Assembly: GCA_033763315.1 (NCBI GenBank)
Contig: JANRKS010000027.1
Span: 49,134 to 113,133 of the forward strand
Direction of reading: 5' to 3'
Origin: Deltaproteobacteria bacterium
GTDB lineage: Bacteria; Myxococcota_A; Polyangia; Fen-1088
DNA: 64,000 nucleotides
Position numbers and translations under genes: made by a program. Numbering within the stretch: position 1 is the stretch's first letter; each line of letters opens with the position of its first letter. Below the pieces are notes generated by a model. The model did no database searches and was not told the DNA's origin. It saw only the letters and a program-made list of their open reading frames with translations. Below, in pieces: positions 21,248-32,818 of the stretch.

Positions 21248-22264
21248 TCAACCGTCGCGCGCAGGGCTGTGGACGTTTCCTGCGTCAATAGCACCAAAAC
21301 CTTCCGAATTCCGCCCGCTTGAGGATAAAGGTGCGTCGGTTTCGGGCAGGAACACCCGGCGAAGGGATGCCAGGCCCGCGTCGTTGCGTTCGGCCACGGC
21401 CAAGAGGGTGCCATCGGGGCGCAGAAGGCACAGCAGATCTTGGGGGTGGGCGCCCTCGGGATCGAGATCCGCCCATGGCAGCTTTTGGCCCATGCCCACG
21501 CGGTGCGCTTGGTGCGGCGTCAAAGTGACAGACGCCATATGCGCCAGGGACTCGGTGAGTCCCACGCCAGGCAGTGGGGCCCCCTGCTCGGCGCGGGCGG
21601 CCAGGTCGTCCAGCGTGATGGCTTGCGCCAGGCTGAACGGCCCTGAAGCCGTGCGGCGCAACGCGGATAGATGCCCCCCCGGCCCAAGCGCCAAGCCAAT
21701 GTCCGCGGCCAACACACGAATGTATGTTCCCTTCGAGCAGCGCGCGAACAAGCGCAGTTTGCCTCCTTCGTAGTCGATGAGACGCAACTCGAAAATTGTA
21801 AGCGCCCGCGCTTCCCGCTCCAGCTCCTGGCCTTGGCGTGCATATGCATAGAGCGGTTTGCCATCGCGCTTGAGCGCCGAATGCATGGGCGGCACCTGGG
21901 TGATGGCACCGCGAAAGCGCTGCAACACAGCTTCGATGTCGTCGAGCGAAAGCGGCGGCACGGGCGCCTCGGCCACCACCTGGCCTTCGGCATCCAGGGT
22001 GTCCGTCTGCACGCCCAGGGTCACGGTGCCCTCATAAGCCTTGTGCGCGTCCAACAGGAACGGTGCCAGCTTTGTGGATTCGCCAATACACACGGGCAAC
22101 ACGCCCGTGGCCATCGGATCCAAGGTGCCACCGTGGCCGACGCGCGAGGGATCCGGCATGCCCTGCCCGCCCGCCTTGCGGTAGGTGCGTACGTGGCGGG
22201 CCACGGCCTTGACCACCGCAAACGAAGTGAGCCCCTGGGGCTTATCAATCACCAAAACGGGCAT
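21248..22264 (-). CDS. truB: tRNA pseudouridine(55) synthase
   Basis: DKPQGLTS, GHGGTLDPMATG, CSKGTYIR. Confidence 0.96.
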   Translation of the reverse strand: MPVLVIDKPQGLTSFAVVKAVARHVRTYRKAGGQGMPDPSRVGHGGTLDPMATGVLPVCIGESTKLAPFLLDAHKAYEGTVTLGVQTDTLDAEGQVVAEAPVPPLSLDDIEAVLQRFRGAITQVPPMHSALKRDGKPLYAYARQGQELEREARALTIFELRLIDYEGGKLRLFARCSKGTYIRVLAADIGLALGPGGHLSALRRTASGPFSLAQAITLDDLAARAEQGAPLPGVGLTESLAHMASVTLTPHQAHRVGMGQKLPWADLDPEGAHPQDLLCLLRPDGTLLAVAERNDAGLASLRRVFLPETDAPLSSSGRNSEGFGAIDAGNVHSPARDG

Positions 22265-22343
22265 GCGTCCTAAAGCGGGGCGGCGGTATCACCAAACACA
22301 AGCCCCGGACAACCCCCGTTGCACCGTTGCCATCGCCTGCCGA

Positions 22344-22796
22344 TCATTCGTCCGACTTTGGCGCATCCGCGTTTTCGGCGTTTGCGCCTGATGCCAAAGC
22401 GGCTTGCGCTTCCGCCTCGGCCTTCGCCTGCGCTTTACGCTCGTCGGAAAGGTCCGCAAACACGCGTTCGACGCGCGCTTCACTCTCAAACACACGATCC
22501 ACCTCAAACGTCACCGTGGGCGTGAACTTCATACGCACGCGCTCGCCGATCTTGCGACGCCATAAGCCTGTGGCCTTGTTCAGCGCCTGCTTGATGCCCG
22601 ACATCGTCGCTTCACTCGCGCCGTGCACCATAAACAGCGCGCGCGCCGTGCGCAGATCGCCGGTGACCTTGACGTGCGTGATGGTGATGATGCCAGCGTC
22701 CCACATGCGCGGATCTTTGACCTCTTGGCGTATCAACGCGTCGGTGATAGCCAATTTCACTTCTTCAGCGATGCGCTCGGGGCGTGCCGTTGCCAT
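22344..22796 (-). CDS. rbfA: Ribosome-binding factor A
   Basis: KDPR, ITHVKVTGDL, MKFTP.V.F..D; position after infB. Confidence 0.93.
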   Translation of the reverse strand: MATARPERIAEEVKLAITDALIRQEVKDPRMWDAGIITITHVKVTGDLRTARALFMVHGASEATMSGIKQALNKATGLWRRKIGERVRMKFTPTVTFEVDRVFESEARVERVFADLSDERKAQAKAEAEAQAALASGANAENADAPKSDE

Positions 22797-22798
22797 GT

Positions 22799-23122
22799 CT
22801 ATTCGTACCTAAAGCCTAAATCGTTGTGGGCCAAGGGCTGCTCACGCACTTGAAGCTCGCGCTCCACGTTGGTGACTTCCGCTTCCGCGCGAATCAGTCG
22901 CACCACTTCATCCAAAGCTTGGCCGACGAAGCGGGATTCGTTCCCTACCACGGCCACGCCCAAGACGCCCTTTTGCCAGACGTCTTGATCTGAAACTTCG
23001 GCAATCGCGGCGTTAAAGCGCGCGCGCACCTTGTCTTTCACCCGCCGCACCACCATTCGCTTGTCTTTGAGCGAATGGCTGGCAGGGATGAAAAACGTCA
23101 GGCGCGCGATGCCAACCACCAT
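22799..23122 (-). CDS. DUF503 (YlxP) protein
   Basis: SHSLKDKR, FNAAIAEV..QD.WQ. Confidence 0.9.
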   Translation of the reverse strand: MVVGIARLTFFIPASHSLKDKRMVVRRVKDKVRARFNAAIAEVSDQDVWQKGVLGVAVVGNESRFVGQALDEVVRLIRAEAEVTNVERELQVREQPLAHNDLGFRYE

Positions 23123-23137
23123 GGTTCGAGCGGCAGA

Positions 23138-25987
23138 TTACTGCCGCGCTGTTTCGCTGATCGCGGCGTCCAAAATCGCGGCAATTTGCTCGATCTCGAA
23201 CGATTCGAGCACGTCGCCTTCGCGCAGATCGTTATAGCCATCAATGCTGATGCCACACTCATAGCCCTTGTCGACTTCGTTCACGTCGTCTTTGAAGCGA
23301 CGGAGCGAGCCCACGCGGCCCGTGTAGATGATCACGGAGTCGCGCACCAAGCGAACCTGGTTGCGACGCGCAATCTTGCCTTCGGTCACCATGCAGCCAC
23401 CGATGGAGCCAATCTTCGCGTTGGTGAAGACCTGGCGAACCTGCGCCTTGCCCACAACCTTCTCGCGTTCGACCGGAGCCAACATGCCCACCATCGCCTT
23501 CTTCACGTCGTCGATGGCGTCGTAGATGACCTGGTAAAGCTTGATGTCCACGCCTTCTTGTTCGGCCAAGCCCTGGCTCTTGCCTGCGGGACGAACGTTG
23601 AAGCCCATCACGATGGCCGAAGAAGCCTTGGCCAACGTAACGTCGGATTCGGTGATGCCACCCACGCCGCTTGAGATGACGTTCACGCCCACGGTGGGCG
23701 TAGACAACTTGCTCAGCGCTGCGGACAAAGCCTCTGCAGAGCCTTGCACGTCTGCCTTAAGAACAATCTTGACCTCTTTGACTTCGCCTTCGCGAATCTT
23801 GTCGAGGATGTTCTCAAGCGACACACCACGTGGGGCCGATGCCGCCGCCTCGCGGCTGCGACGGGCGTCACGGCGGTGTTCGACGATCTGTTTGGCCAAC
23901 TTGTCGTCGGTGACCACGTTGAACGTATCGCCAGCCTCAGGAACGCCGTCGATGCCCAAGATCTCCACGGGTGTGGACGGACCGGCTTGCCCCACGGGCT
24001 TACCATGATCGTCCATCATCGCGCGGACTTTGCCTGAGAAACCGCCGGCCACAACCAAGTCGCCGGTGCGCAAAGTGCCCGCTTCAACCAACACCGACGA
24101 GATCGGACCGCGGTTGCGGTCAAGGCGAGCTTCCACGATGTGTCCGCGCGCCGCCTTCTTCGGGTTGGCCTTGAGCTCAAGCAATTCCGTTTGCAACGCA
24201 AGCATCTCAAGCAGCTTGTCGATGCCTTGCTTCGTCTTCGCCGACACGTCGACGTAGATGGTTTCGCCACCGAACTCTTCGGGGACCAAACCGTATTCCA
24301 TCATCTTCGTGCGGATCTTTGCCGGATCGGCGCCAGGCTTATCGATCTTGTTCACCGCCACAACCAAAGGCACTTCTGCGGCTTTGGCGTGATTGATGGC
24401 TTCGATCGTTTGCGGCATGGGTCCGTCGTCGGCCGCCACAACCAACACAACGATGTCGGTCATCTTGGCGCCGCGGGCACGCATCGCCGTGAAGGCTTCG
24501 TGGCCGGGGGTGTCCAAGAACGTGACGTCGCCCTTGTCAGAGTGAACTTTGTAGGCGCCGATGTGCTGCGTGATGCCGCCCGCTTCGCCTTCAGCCACGT
24601 TGGCCTTGCGGATCGAGTCGAGCAGCGACGTTTTGCCGTGGTCGACGTGGCCCATGATCGTGACGACCGGTGCACGAGGCACCAAATCCTCAGGCGCGTC
24701 CACGTCTTCTGTGGCATCGAGCAGCTCTTGCTCGCGGAACGCCTTGGATTCAATCGCCCAACCAAACTCGTTCGCGATCAAGCTGGCTGTGTCTTGATCG
24801 ATGCTTTGGTTGATGTTGATGCCCATCATGCCCAAGCCCCACAGGCGCTTGACCACTTCGTTGCCCTTGATGCCCATTTCACGGGCCAAATCGGACACGG
24901 TGATGGATTCAGCCATACGCACCACGCGCTTGTGTTCAGCAGGCGTCGTGAGTTGTGTTTGCTTGACCTTCTTGCCAGCGGCCACCTGACGCTTGCGCGG
25001 CGGGGGCCCCATGTTGCGGCCGCCAGGTCCAGGGCTCGGAGCGCCCGGGCCACCGGGGGGACGTTGACCAAAGCGGTTTTGGCCGCCCGCGGGCAAGCGA
25101 CCAATCACACCACGGCCAAGACGGCGAAGTTCTTCGTCGCGATCGCGGATTTCAACACGCGGAATCGTGTTGTTCTCGCCACGACCGGGAAGCTGAATGA
25201 ATTGCCCAGTGGCAGCAGAGCCCGTCACCACAGGTTGTGGAATTTGACGGAAACGCGGCCGCACCTCGGTTTGGCCTTCGGGCGTCGCCGCCGGCGGAGG
25301 AGGCAAAGGAATGATCGGGCGAATCTCAACCACAGCGGGCGGCCCCGAAGGTTCGGGCGCTGCCACCACGGGCTCAGGTTCGGGTGCAGGTGCCTCAATC
25401 TTAGGTTCAGGCTTGGGTTCGGGAGCGGGGGCCTTGGCCACCACGGCGGGCGCTGGCGCTTCGGCTGGCTTTACAACCACAGGCGCAGACGCGACAGGCT
25501 TGGGTGCTTCGGGCGCCTTTTCAACCACGGGCGCGGGAGCCGGAGCGGGCGCCTCCTTGGCCACGATTTTTTCGGGAGCCGGAGCGGGCGCAGGTGCCGG
25601 TGGTGCTGCCACAACACGCGCGGGTTCACGCGGCGGCGCGGGCGGCTTTTCCACCTCGGGCCGCTCGGCGCGGACCTCCGGACGGCTCTGCACAGGTGCA
25701 GGCGCCGGCGGTGCCGCGGCTGGCGGTGCCGCGGCTGGCGGTGCCGCTGCCGGAGCAGGAGCCGGAGCGTTGCGCGAGCGGCGACGGATCACCGTGGAGT
25801 CCAACCGCACCTCTTCGAGCGTGTCCTGGCGAGCTTTCACCAGGTTTCGACGAATGCGATCAACGTCCAGCAATTCCAGCGCCGACATATGGTTGGCGAC
25901 AGAAATACCCATGCCTTGGATCTTGGCGACAAGATCCTTGTTGGCGATGCCCAATTCTTTGGCTAGTTCGTAGACCCTCATGCTCAC
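23138..25987 (-). CDS. infB: Translation initiation factor IF-2
   Basis: [31 protein letters not shown]. Confidence 0.98.
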   Translation of the reverse strand: MSMRVYELAKELGIANKDLVAKIQGMGISVANHMSALELLDVDRIRRNLVKARQDTLEEVRLDSTVIRRRSRNAPAPAPAAAPPAAAPPAAAPPAPAPVQSRPEVRAERPEVEKPPAPPREPARVVAAPPAPAPAPAPEKIVAKEAPAPAPAPVVEKAPEAPKPVASAPVVVKPAEAPAPAVVAKAPAPEPKPEPKIEAPAPEPEPVVAAPEPSGPPAVVEIRPIIPLPPPPAATPEGQTEVRPRFRQIPQPVVTGSAATGQFIQLPGRGENNTIPRVEIRDRDEELRRLGRGVIGRLPAGGQNRFGQRPPGGPGAPSPGPGGRNMGPPPRKRQVAAGKKVKQTQLTTPAEHKRVVRMAESITVSDLAREMGIKGNEVVKRLWGLGMMGININQSIDQDTASLIANEFGWAIESKAFREQELLDATEDVDAPEDLVPRAPVVTIMGHVDHGKTSLLDSIRKANVAEGEAGGITQHIGAYKVHSDKGDVTFLDTPGHEAFTAMRARGAKMTDIVVLVVAADDGPMPQTIEAINHAKAAEVPLVVAVNKIDKPGADPAKIRTKMMEYGLVPEEFGGETIYVDVSAKTKQGIDKLLEMLALQTELLELKANPKKAARGHIVEARLDRNRGPISSVLVEAGTLRTGDLVVAGGFSGKVRAMMDDHGKPVGQAGPSTPVEILGIDGVPEAGDTFNVVTDDKLAKQIVEHRRDARRSREAAASAPRGVSLENILDKIREGEVKEVKIVLKADVQGSAEALSAALSKLSTPTVGVNVISSGVGGITESDVTLAKASSAIVMGFNVRPAGKSQGLAEQEGVDIKLYQVIYDAIDDVKKAMVGMLAPVEREKVVGKAQVRQVFTNAKIGSIGGCMVTEGKIARRNQVRLVRDSVIIYTGRVGSLRRFKDDVNEVDKGYECGISIDGYNDLREGDVLESFEIEQIAAILDAAISETARQ

Positions 25988-26079
25988 TCAGGCTTGCTTG
26001 CGGCGGTGCTCCCAGTTTACCGATCGATTCACTCGGAGCTTTCGTGGTTGTTGTGTCTTTTAATACAGAGCCGGTGCGA

Positions 26080-26361
26080 TCAGAAAGCCGGTTCGATAGA
26101 GAGTAGTGAGAAAAGATGCGCTTCGCTTGGAGTGGTTACCTGCGTCTTGAACGCGCGGGCAAAGGCTTTGGTGCGAATCGCCTTTTGAACACAGGAAGCG
26201 GAGCGGCAAATCCAGGCGCCCCGTCCGGGCTGTCGAGGGCGCCCAGCCAAAACCACGGCGCCATCGACAAGAACCAAGCGGGTTAAGGCCTCGGGCGCGA
26301 GTTGCTTGCGACAACCCACGCATGTCCGGGTGTGGACAGAAACCGCGACCTCTACGTTCAA
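26080..26361 (-). CDS. ylxR: YlxR (DUF448/RnpM) protein
   Basis: RTCVGCR, GRGAWIC...C; between nusA and infB. Confidence 0.88.
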   Translation of the reverse strand: MNVEVAVSVHTRTCVGCRKQLAPEALTRLVLVDGAVVLAGRPRQPGRGAWICRSASCVQKAIRTKAFARAFKTQVTTPSEAHLFSLLSIEPAF

Positions 26362-26381
26362 GGGTGCCCCGCTTCAAGTGG

Positions 26382-27803
26382 TTACGCGTGACCTTCCGCC
26401 GTGTCCGGCTGTCCGTCCGCAGGTGCCGCCGGCAAGGCAGCCGCCTCGGCCGCACGTCGTGTGGCTTCTTCGGCGTCGCGTTTGCGTTCAACCTCGGCCG
26501 CCCGTCCGGCTTGCGCCTTCAAAGCAGCGATCTGGGCCGAATCATTCCCAATCACGTGAGCCAATTCAGCGGGAGGCGCGGCCGCAATCTCGGCGGCAGA
26601 ACGCCACCCATCGCGGAACAGCGCTTCGGCCACATCCGGACCCACGCCTTCGATGGCGCCCAAGGACGCGCGCGACTTGGCCTCGGATTCACGCACCTTC
26701 GATTCCGAGTGAATGTCGATGCGCCAGCCCGTCAGCTGGCTGGCCAAACGAACGTTTTGCCCCTTCTTGCCAATGGCAAGTGACAAGCGGTCGTCGGGAA
26801 CCACCAGCTCCATCGTGTGCGAGGCGGCGTCGATCAACACGCGAGACACTTCGGCCGGCGCGATGGCATTACAGACAAAGCGAGCGGGATCGGCGTCCCA
26901 AGGAACAATGTCGATCTTTTCGCCACGCAGCTCTTGAACCACGGCCTGCACACGTGAGCCTTTCATGCCCACGCAGGCGCCCACGGCGTCAACGTCGCGG
27001 TCGCGAGAAGAAACGGCAATCTTGGAGCGAGCGCCGGGCTCACGGGCCGAAGCCTCGATGCGCACGATCTGCTCGAAGATTTCAGGCACTTCCATCTCGA
27101 AGAGCTTCTCCAGCAAACCCTTGTGGCCGCGGGAAACGATGATTTGCGGGCCGCGGGCCTGCTTATCAATGTCGAGGACGTAGGTCACAACGCGATCACC
27201 CACGCGGTAAGATTCACGAGGAACCTGCTCGCGCACGGGCAACACGGCTTCCGCGCCGTTAAGATCGATAACGATGTTGCCGCGTTCAAAGCGGCGGACG
27301 ATGCCGGAGATGAGCTCGCCCTTTTTGTCGCGGTATTGGTTGAACACATTGTCGCGTTCAGCCTCACGCACACGCTGCAGAATCACCTGCTTGGCCGTTT
27401 GAGCGGCGATGCGGCCGAACGTTTTCCACGCCCGGTTCAGCTTTAGAAGCTCGCCGTACTTGGCGTCTTGATCTTCGGCGCGCTTTTGATCACGTTCGCT
27501 GTAGAAGATTTGAAACAGCAGCTCGTCGCCGAGCTCTGCATTGAGGTTGAAGCGCTCCGCTTCCTCGAGCGAGATTTCCTTGCCGGGTTGAGTGACAGGA
27601 TCCGCCACGACAATGATTTGGAACAGGTCGACCTGCCCCAATTCGTCATTGAACTTTGCTTCCAGCTCGCGCTCTTCCCCGAAGGCGCGCTTGCCCGACA
27701 TCAAGATGGCCTGTTCGAGCGCCTCGACCAGGATATGACGCTCGATATTCTTGTCCTTTGATACTTGATCAAGGACTAGGCCCAAACCTGAACCTTCACT
27801 CAT
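26382..27803 (-). CDS. nusA: Transcription factor NusA
   Basis: [42 protein letters not shown]. Confidence 0.97.
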   Translation of the reverse strand: MSEGSGLGLVLDQVSKDKNIERHILVEALEQAILMSGKRAFGEERELEAKFNDELGQVDLFQIIVVADPVTQPGKEISLEEAERFNLNAELGDELLFQIFYSERDQKRAEDQDAKYGELLKLNRAWKTFGRIAAQTAKQVILQRVREAERDNVFNQYRDKKGELISGIVRRFERGNIVIDLNGAEAVLPVREQVPRESYRVGDRVVTYVLDIDKQARGPQIIVSRGHKGLLEKLFEMEVPEIFEQIVRIEASAREPGARSKIAVSSRDRDVDAVGACVGMKGSRVQAVVQELRGEKIDIVPWDADPARFVCNAIAPAEVSRVLIDAASHTMELVVPDDRLSLAIGKKGQNVRLASQLTGWRIDIHSESKVRESEAKSRASLGAIEGVGPDVAEALFRDGWRSAAEIAAAPPAELAHVIGNDSAQIAALKAQAGRAAEVERKRDAEEATRRAAEAAALPAAPADGQPDTAEGHA

Positions 27804-28423
27804 GGGGCGCTCCTCTCTTTTTCCGTTGGCTTCGCGTTTACCGGTAATTTGTCGCCGGCTTCGCGTCGCTGTTGGCTTCGCGCTTCGGATTTGCGGAACT
27901 CTTCCGCCCAATCCGGCACCAGATGAGCCTTGGCGACAGCCGCCAACGGCACCCGGCACACGACGCCGTCACAATCAATAAGCACGGCGCCATCGCTGAC
28001 ACCCTGCAACGTCCCGCTGAAATTGCGCCGCCCGTCCACCATCTGATGGGTGCGGATTTTTGCCCGCTGCCCCGTAAATCTTTGGAAGTCGGCCTCGCGC
28101 CGAAGGGGACGTTCGATCCCGGGCGAGCTCACTTCCAACCGATAAGCATGAGTAATGAGTTGTGAAACATCTAAAGCAGCCGAGAGGTCGCGGCTGACGC
28201 GTTCACATTCTTCGTGGCCCACATAGCGGGGCTCGAACAAGTCGGATTCGGTGCCGGCGGGTGCGCCAGGCAACGTGGGCCCCGGGGACCATTTGTGGTC
28301 AATAAAGACGCGCAAAACGAAACCTTCAGGCTCCCGCCCAAACTCCAATTCGACAAGGTCCAGCCCAGCATCCCCCACGTAAGGTTCGATGAGGTTCCAT
28401 AGATCGGAGAAGCTGGCTTTCAT
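27800..28423 (-). CDS. rimP: Ribosome maturation factor RimP
   Basis: LRVFID, C..VSR..SA.LD, Y.LEVSSPG.ERPL; start ATG 28423. Confidence 0.95.
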   Translation of the reverse strand: MKASFSDLWNLIEPYVGDAGLDLVELEFGREPEGFVLRVFIDHKWSPGPTLPGAPAGTESDLFEPRYVGHEECERVSRDLSAALDVSQLITHAYRLEVSSPGIERPLRREADFQRFTGQRAKIRTHQMVDGRRNFSGTLQGVSDGAVLIDCDGVVCRVPLAAVAKAHLVPDWAEEFRKSEARSQQRREAGDKLPVNAKPTEKERSAP

Positions 28424-28524
28424 GACGGCTTGTGGCGACGGCGGGTTTGGTGGATTGAAGGTTGATTTGGGGCTCCCGAAGGGATAAATGACGAACAAAC
28501 GGCCCGATTTGGCACACTCAGGAC

Positions 28525-28554
28525 AAAAAAAAGGCGGGCAATCGGCGCCCGCCC
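28525..28554 (-). promoter_or_regulatory. Terminator-like hairpin in rimP-nusA leader (attenuator candidate)
   Basis: GGCGGGC-GCCGATT-GCCCGCC followed by 8 T on minus strand, ~100 nt upstream of rimP. Confidence 0.6.
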
Positions 28555-28679
28555 TGGAATATTGAAGGGTGTGCCTGTTCAGGTAAGGCGGAGTTGTATC
28601 ACGCTGAGATCAGGAAGGCAACATTGCCGTTAACGCTGCGGTTTTGGCTTGCCGACGCTACGTGCTAGCGTAAACAGCG

Positions 28680-29549
28680 ATGGAAACGCCACCGCCTGCC
28701 CCCGACATCTCGAGCCGCGGTGCCAACCGCACGCCTCGTTTCGCTGCTGTGCAGACGTGTTCTACGGAAGACATCGCGGGTAACCTGTCACGATGCGCTG
28801 TGCTCGTTCAGCAGGCAGCAAGAGACGGCGCCAACTGGGTCGGCCTACCGGAAAATTTTGCCTACCTGGGTGGTGGACGCGACCACAAACTGTCGATCGC
28901 TGAACCCCTGGAGGGGGGGGCGCCCGGCCCCATCTTGGCGGCGATGCAGACGCTGGCCCGGGAAGCCGGCGTGTATCTATTATTGGGAGGCTTCCCCGAG
29001 CGCATCGCGGACGAACCAAACCGGATCGGGAATGCGAGCGTGTTGCTCGACCCTTTGGGGCAGGTCGTGACGCATTACCGCAAAGTCCATCTATTCGACG
29101 TGGAAGTGCCGGGGGGCCAGAAGTTCAAAGAGTCCAATGACATCGCTCCGGGTGGCGCGCCATGCACGGCGGAATTGCCCTGGGGCCTGCTTGGGCTCTC
29201 GATCTGTTACGACCTGCGTTTCCCGGAGCTTTACCGGGCGTACGCCGCGGCGGGGGCGCGTTTCATTTCGGTGCCGGCCGCTTTTACAAAGCAAACGGGT
29301 CCCGACCATTGGCACGTGCTGCTGCGAGCCCGCGCGATAGAGAACCAGGCGTTTGTCATCGCGCCCGCGCAATGGGGGCAACACAGCGAAAAGCGCGCGA
29401 GCTACGGCCACGCTTTGATCATCGACCCTTGGGGCACGGTCCTTGGGGACTGCAGCGACAAGGAAGGCTACGCCATCGCTTCATTGGACCTGGACTTTCA
29501 AGATAGCGTTCGCGCGCGGCTACCGTGTTTGTCCCACCGTCGCTTGTAA
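28680..29549 (+). CDS. Carbon-nitrogen hydrolase (Nit1/deaminated glutathione amidase family)
   Basis: LPENF, YRKVHLFD, ICYDLRFPE, HW.VLLRARAIENQ. Confidence 0.93.
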   Translation: METPPPAPDISSRGANRTPRFAAVQTCSTEDIAGNLSRCAVLVQQAARDGANWVGLPENFAYLGGGRDHKLSIAEPLEGGAPGPILAAMQTLAREAGVYLLLGGFPERIADEPNRIGNASVLLDPLGQVVTHYRKVHLFDVEVPGGQKFKESNDIAPGGAPCTAELPWGLLGLSICYDLRFPELYRAYAAAGARFISVPAAFTKQTGPDHWHVLLRARAIENQAFVIAPAQWGQHSEKRASYGHALIIDPWGTVLGDCSDKEGYAIASLDLDFQDSVRARLPCLSHRRL

Positions 29550-29601
29550 ACCTCGTCGCCACGGGTTGGGATTTTGGTGGCGCCGGCATTACGATGCGCC
29601 C

Positions 29602-30414
29602 ATGGACGCCCAATACGCTTCGTTCTCCTGCGCCCCCGCCCAGCTGCAACACCACTATGGAAGCGAGGTGCACATCCTCTCCGATCCTCTGGCATTGGGC
29701 ATGCTGGCGCGCGCCTGCCAAAAGGGCGTGGTGCAGCCGGAGATGAATCACTTGGTGCGCGAGCTTTACCGCCTGCTCGCGCATGTGGTGATCGCGACGG
29801 AATTTCCCCTCCTGGTCAAGCGCACAGAGACGCGCATGATCGAGCACACGCCCTTGGGTGCGTGGGAGGGTCCCACGGTTGATGTCAACACAAAGGCTGT
29901 GGTCGTCGCGTTGGCGCGCGCGGGTTTGCTGCCGTCGCAAGTGACCTTCGACTTTTTGAACCAAGTGTTGATGCCCGAAGGTGTGCGGCAAGATCATTTG
30001 TCGCTGGGGCGTGTGGTGGACGGCGCCGGGCAAGTGACCGGAGCGGCGCTGGCGGGCGTGAAGATCGGCGGGCCGGTGGCTGACGCCGTGATGTTGATTC
30101 CAGATCCGATGGGCGCCACGGGCTCTACCGTCACGCGGGTAATTGAGCACTACGCCGAAACCGTTGCGGGGCTGCCACGGAAAACCATTGCGATGCATTT
30201 GATCGTGACGCCGGAATACCTGCGGCACATTCGGCGCAAACACCCCGATCTCGTGGTCTACGCTTTGCGCCTTGATCGAGGCTTATCGCCCCCTGATGTG
30301 TTGGCCACAGTGCCCGGAGCACGCTGGGACGAAGAGCGTGGGCTCAACGATCACCATTACATTGTGCCGGGCGGCGGAGGCTTGGGCGAGGTCATCAACA
30401 ACGCCTATGTGTGA
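29602..30414 (+). CDS. upp: Uracil phosphoribosyltransferase-like protein
   Basis: LARAG, DPMGATGST, GLN...YIVPG.GGLGE. Confidence 0.85.
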   Translation: MDAQYASFSCAPAQLQHHYGSEVHILSDPLALGMLARACQKGVVQPEMNHLVRELYRLLAHVVIATEFPLLVKRTETRMIEHTPLGAWEGPTVDVNTKAVVVALARAGLLPSQVTFDFLNQVLMPEGVRQDHLSLGRVVDGAGQVTGAALAGVKIGGPVADAVMLIPDPMGATGSTVTRVIEHYAETVAGLPRKTIAMHLIVTPEYLRHIRRKHPDLVVYALRLDRGLSPPDVLATVPGARWDEERGLNDHHYIVPGGGGLGEVINNAYV

Positions 30415-30432
30415 GGGGCCCACGATCGCGGT

Positions 30433-31830
30433 ATGATCCAGCGTGTGTCAAGCGCTGCGCCAGCCAAGACCGCTCTTCTGCGTAAGCTCATGCACGCCCG
30501 CCGAAGGCAGCGTTTGCGTGTGGCCATCGAGGCGCTGATTGTGGTGACACCCATGCTGTGTGGAGCCAGCCATTGGATGGCGACGGGCGCCGTTGTGGGG
30601 GGGCTGTTGGTTTTAACCGTGGCCGCCTTGTGGGTGTGGTGGCCACGCGGAACTCTGCATCGTGTTGCTTTGAGGTTTGATCAAGTGATCGCTGACGGTG
30701 GCGCGCGTGACGATCGCGTGTTGTGTGCTTATGAATTTATCGATGCAAACACGCCTTTATCGACGCTCGCTTTGCAGCAAGGCCAGCAGGCGGCCGCGCG
30801 CGTGAAATTGCAAGCGGTGGCACCTTTGCAGCCGCGGTTTCCTGCGTTGGCGTTGGCAGGAAGTCTGGGTTTGGTTTCTCTGATGGCGTTGGTGCAGCCA
30901 CCGGCAAGGTCAGCGGTGGTTGCAAGCGGTGAACGTTTGGTCGCCAAGAACGTTCTTGCACAGAGACATCAACCCAGGCGTAAGCGTTTATCTGACGTGA
31001 TCGGCGAGGCGTTCAAAGCGGCTCCAGCTCTGGAACAGGTGGGTGAGGCCGTAGCGGCGCAGGACACAATGGCTTTGCAGGCGGCGACCGCTGCGCTGAA
31101 CAAAACGCTGCCAGTGCAAGCACCGCATGTGGCCGCGGGCTTGGCGATCGCAAGGTTTGAACTTGCGCAACAACGCCAAGCACCTCCCTTCGCACCTCAA
31201 GCCATGGCGGCAGAAGATGAATCCGACGAAACGCAAAACGGTGCGCAAGGCACGAACGACGACGAAGACGAACGCACACTTTCGCGTCTTGAGCGCGGCT
31301 TAAATGAAGCCGAAGACATTTGTGCCCGCGACCCGCAAGCATGTGCTGACGCTGTTGCCAACTTGAACCAACAACTGGAACGCCTGGCGGCCAAGCAAGC
31401 TGACGGCGAAGCCCAAGCGCAGGCACAAGCCGAGACGCAAGGATCGAAGATGGCGGCGCCAACCCAGGCAGAAAGCGCACAGCGTTCCATGCAGGGTGCA
31501 CCCCAAGCGCCACAGGCCTCCACCACGACTGGCTCGTCGCACCCGGATCCGCAAGCTCGTCGGCCCGCACCGGCCATAGCGGGGGTGGCCACACAGGACG
31601 TGGCTGTGAACCTGGGCGGCGCCGCGCCCGATCGCGCTGAGCTCGTGGCGGCCACGGGCAAAAGCGCCGAGCGGCAGAGGCCCGCACAAACCCGCTACAG
31701 TCTTTACAGACAACGGGCCGAAGCTGTGGTTGCCAACCAAGCGATCCCTGAAGATCGCCGCGCGGTCGTGCGCAGCTATTTTCAAAGTTTACGGCCACAA
31801 CAACTTGCGGGCGGAGCCACACGTGACTGA
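30433..31830 (+). CDS. Membrane protein with coiled-coil/low-complexity C-terminus (MoxR operon member)
   Basis: N-terminal TM segments; C-terminal IP...R.VVRSYF motif seen in MoxR-associated proteins; start 30433 or GTG 30445. Confidence 0.7.
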   Translation: MIQRVSSAAPAKTALLRKLMHARRRQRLRVAIEALIVVTPMLCGASHWMATGAVVGGLLVLTVAALWVWWPRGTLHRVALRFDQVIADGGARDDRVLCAYEFIDANTPLSTLALQQGQQAAARVKLQAVAPLQPRFPALALAGSLGLVSLMALVQPPARSAVVASGERLVAKNVLAQRHQPRRKRLSDVIGEAFKAAPALEQVGEAVAAQDTMALQAATAALNKTLPVQAPHVAAGLAIARFELAQQRQAPPFAPQAMAAEDESDETQNGAQGTNDDEDERTLSRLERGLNEAEDICARDPQACADAVANLNQQLERLAAKQADGEAQAQAQAETQGSKMAAPTQAESAQRSMQGAPQAPQASTTTGSSHPDPQARRPAPAIAGVATQDVAVNLGGAAPDRAELVAATGKSAERQRPAQTRYSLYRQRAEAVVANQAIPEDRRAVVRSYFQSLRPQQLAGGATRD

Positions 31831-32818
31831 GAGCCAAGCAGGCATAGAGCAAGAGGTGCAGCGCTTCGCAAGCGACGTGGAGCGCATAGCGGATCAAGTG
31901 GCCCAACGGGTGGTCGGCAACCGCGAGGTTGTGCGCTTGTGTTTAACGGCGCTGCTTGCGCGCGGCCATGTGCTGCTTGAAGGTGTGCCGGGTCTGGGCA
32001 AAACGCTGTTGGCCCGCACTGTGGCTGAGGCGTTGAACCTAAGCTTCGCTCGTGTGCAATTTACGCCTGATCTTATGCCGGCGGACATCACGGGCACCAC
32101 CATGCTGTTCGACGGCAACGCGGGGCGTGCGCTCACGTTTGTGCCCGGCCCTGTGTTCACAAACATTCTGTTGGCCGACGAGATCAACCGCGGCACGCCC
32201 AAAACCCAAAGCGCGTTGCTTGAAGCGATGCAAGAAGGCGCCGTGACGGTGGGGCGGGAACGACATGTGATCGAAGCACCGTTCATCGTCGTGGCAACGC
32301 AAAATCCCATCGAAATGCACGGCACATATCCGCTGCCCGAGGCGGAGTTAGATCGCTTCTTGTTCAAGGTGTCACTGCCCTCGCCCTCGGCCGACGAACT
32401 TCACCGCATCTTGGATCTCACGACGCAAACCGCGGCGACAGTGGCGTTGTCGGCGTTGCCGCGAGAACGTGTCCTGGCGATGCAAGAGCTCGTGTGGCAA
32501 GTGCCGTTGGCGCCTTCAGTGAAAGACTTTGCCGTGCGGCTGGTGCAGGCCACCCATCCCGAACGCAGCCACATGGCTGCCGTGAAGCAGCACGTGCGGT
32601 ATGGCGTTTCACCGCGGGGTGCACAGGCCTTGGTGTTGGGTGCGAAGGTAAAAGCCCTGTGTGAAGGACGAGCCACGCCGTCGTTCGTCGACGTGCGCGC
32701 GATGCTGAGGCCCGCCTTCGCCCATCGGTTGCTGCTTTCGTTTGCGGGTGAAGCCGAAGGCGCCACCGTTGAAGGGCTGCTAGCGCAGATTGAACAGCAA
32801 ACGCCCGAGAGGGTGTGA
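31823..32818 (+). CDS. MoxR family AAA+ ATPase
   Basis: GHVLLEGVPGLGKT, RVQFTPDLMPADI, DEINR, ATQNP, DRF. Confidence 0.95.
   Translation: MTESQAGIEQEVQRFASDVERIADQVAQRVVGNREVVRLCLTALLARGHVLLEGVPGLGKTLLARTVAEALNLSFARVQFTPDLMPADITGTTMLFDGNAGRALTFVPGPVFTNILLADEINRGTPKTQSALLEAMQEGAVTVGRERHVIEAPFIVVATQNPIEMHGTYPLPEAELDRFLFKVSLPSPSADELHRILDLTTQTAATVALSALPRERVLAMQELVWQVPLAPSVKDFAVRLVQATHPERSHMAAVKQHVRYGVSPRGAQALVLGAKVKALCEGRATPSFVDVRAMLRPAFAHRLLLSFAGEAEGATVEGLLAQIEQQTPERV

Noticed and set aside
25706-25752. 15-bp tandem repeat x3 in infB
   Set aside because: Encodes a Pro/Ala linker of IF-2; no spacers, not CRISPR.
24140-25966. 608-aa plus-strand ORF and other long antisense ORFs (19411-20373, 40152-41504, 51195-52487, 58327-59235)
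   Set aside because: Shadow frames opposite conserved genes in high-GC DNA; no recognisable motifs.
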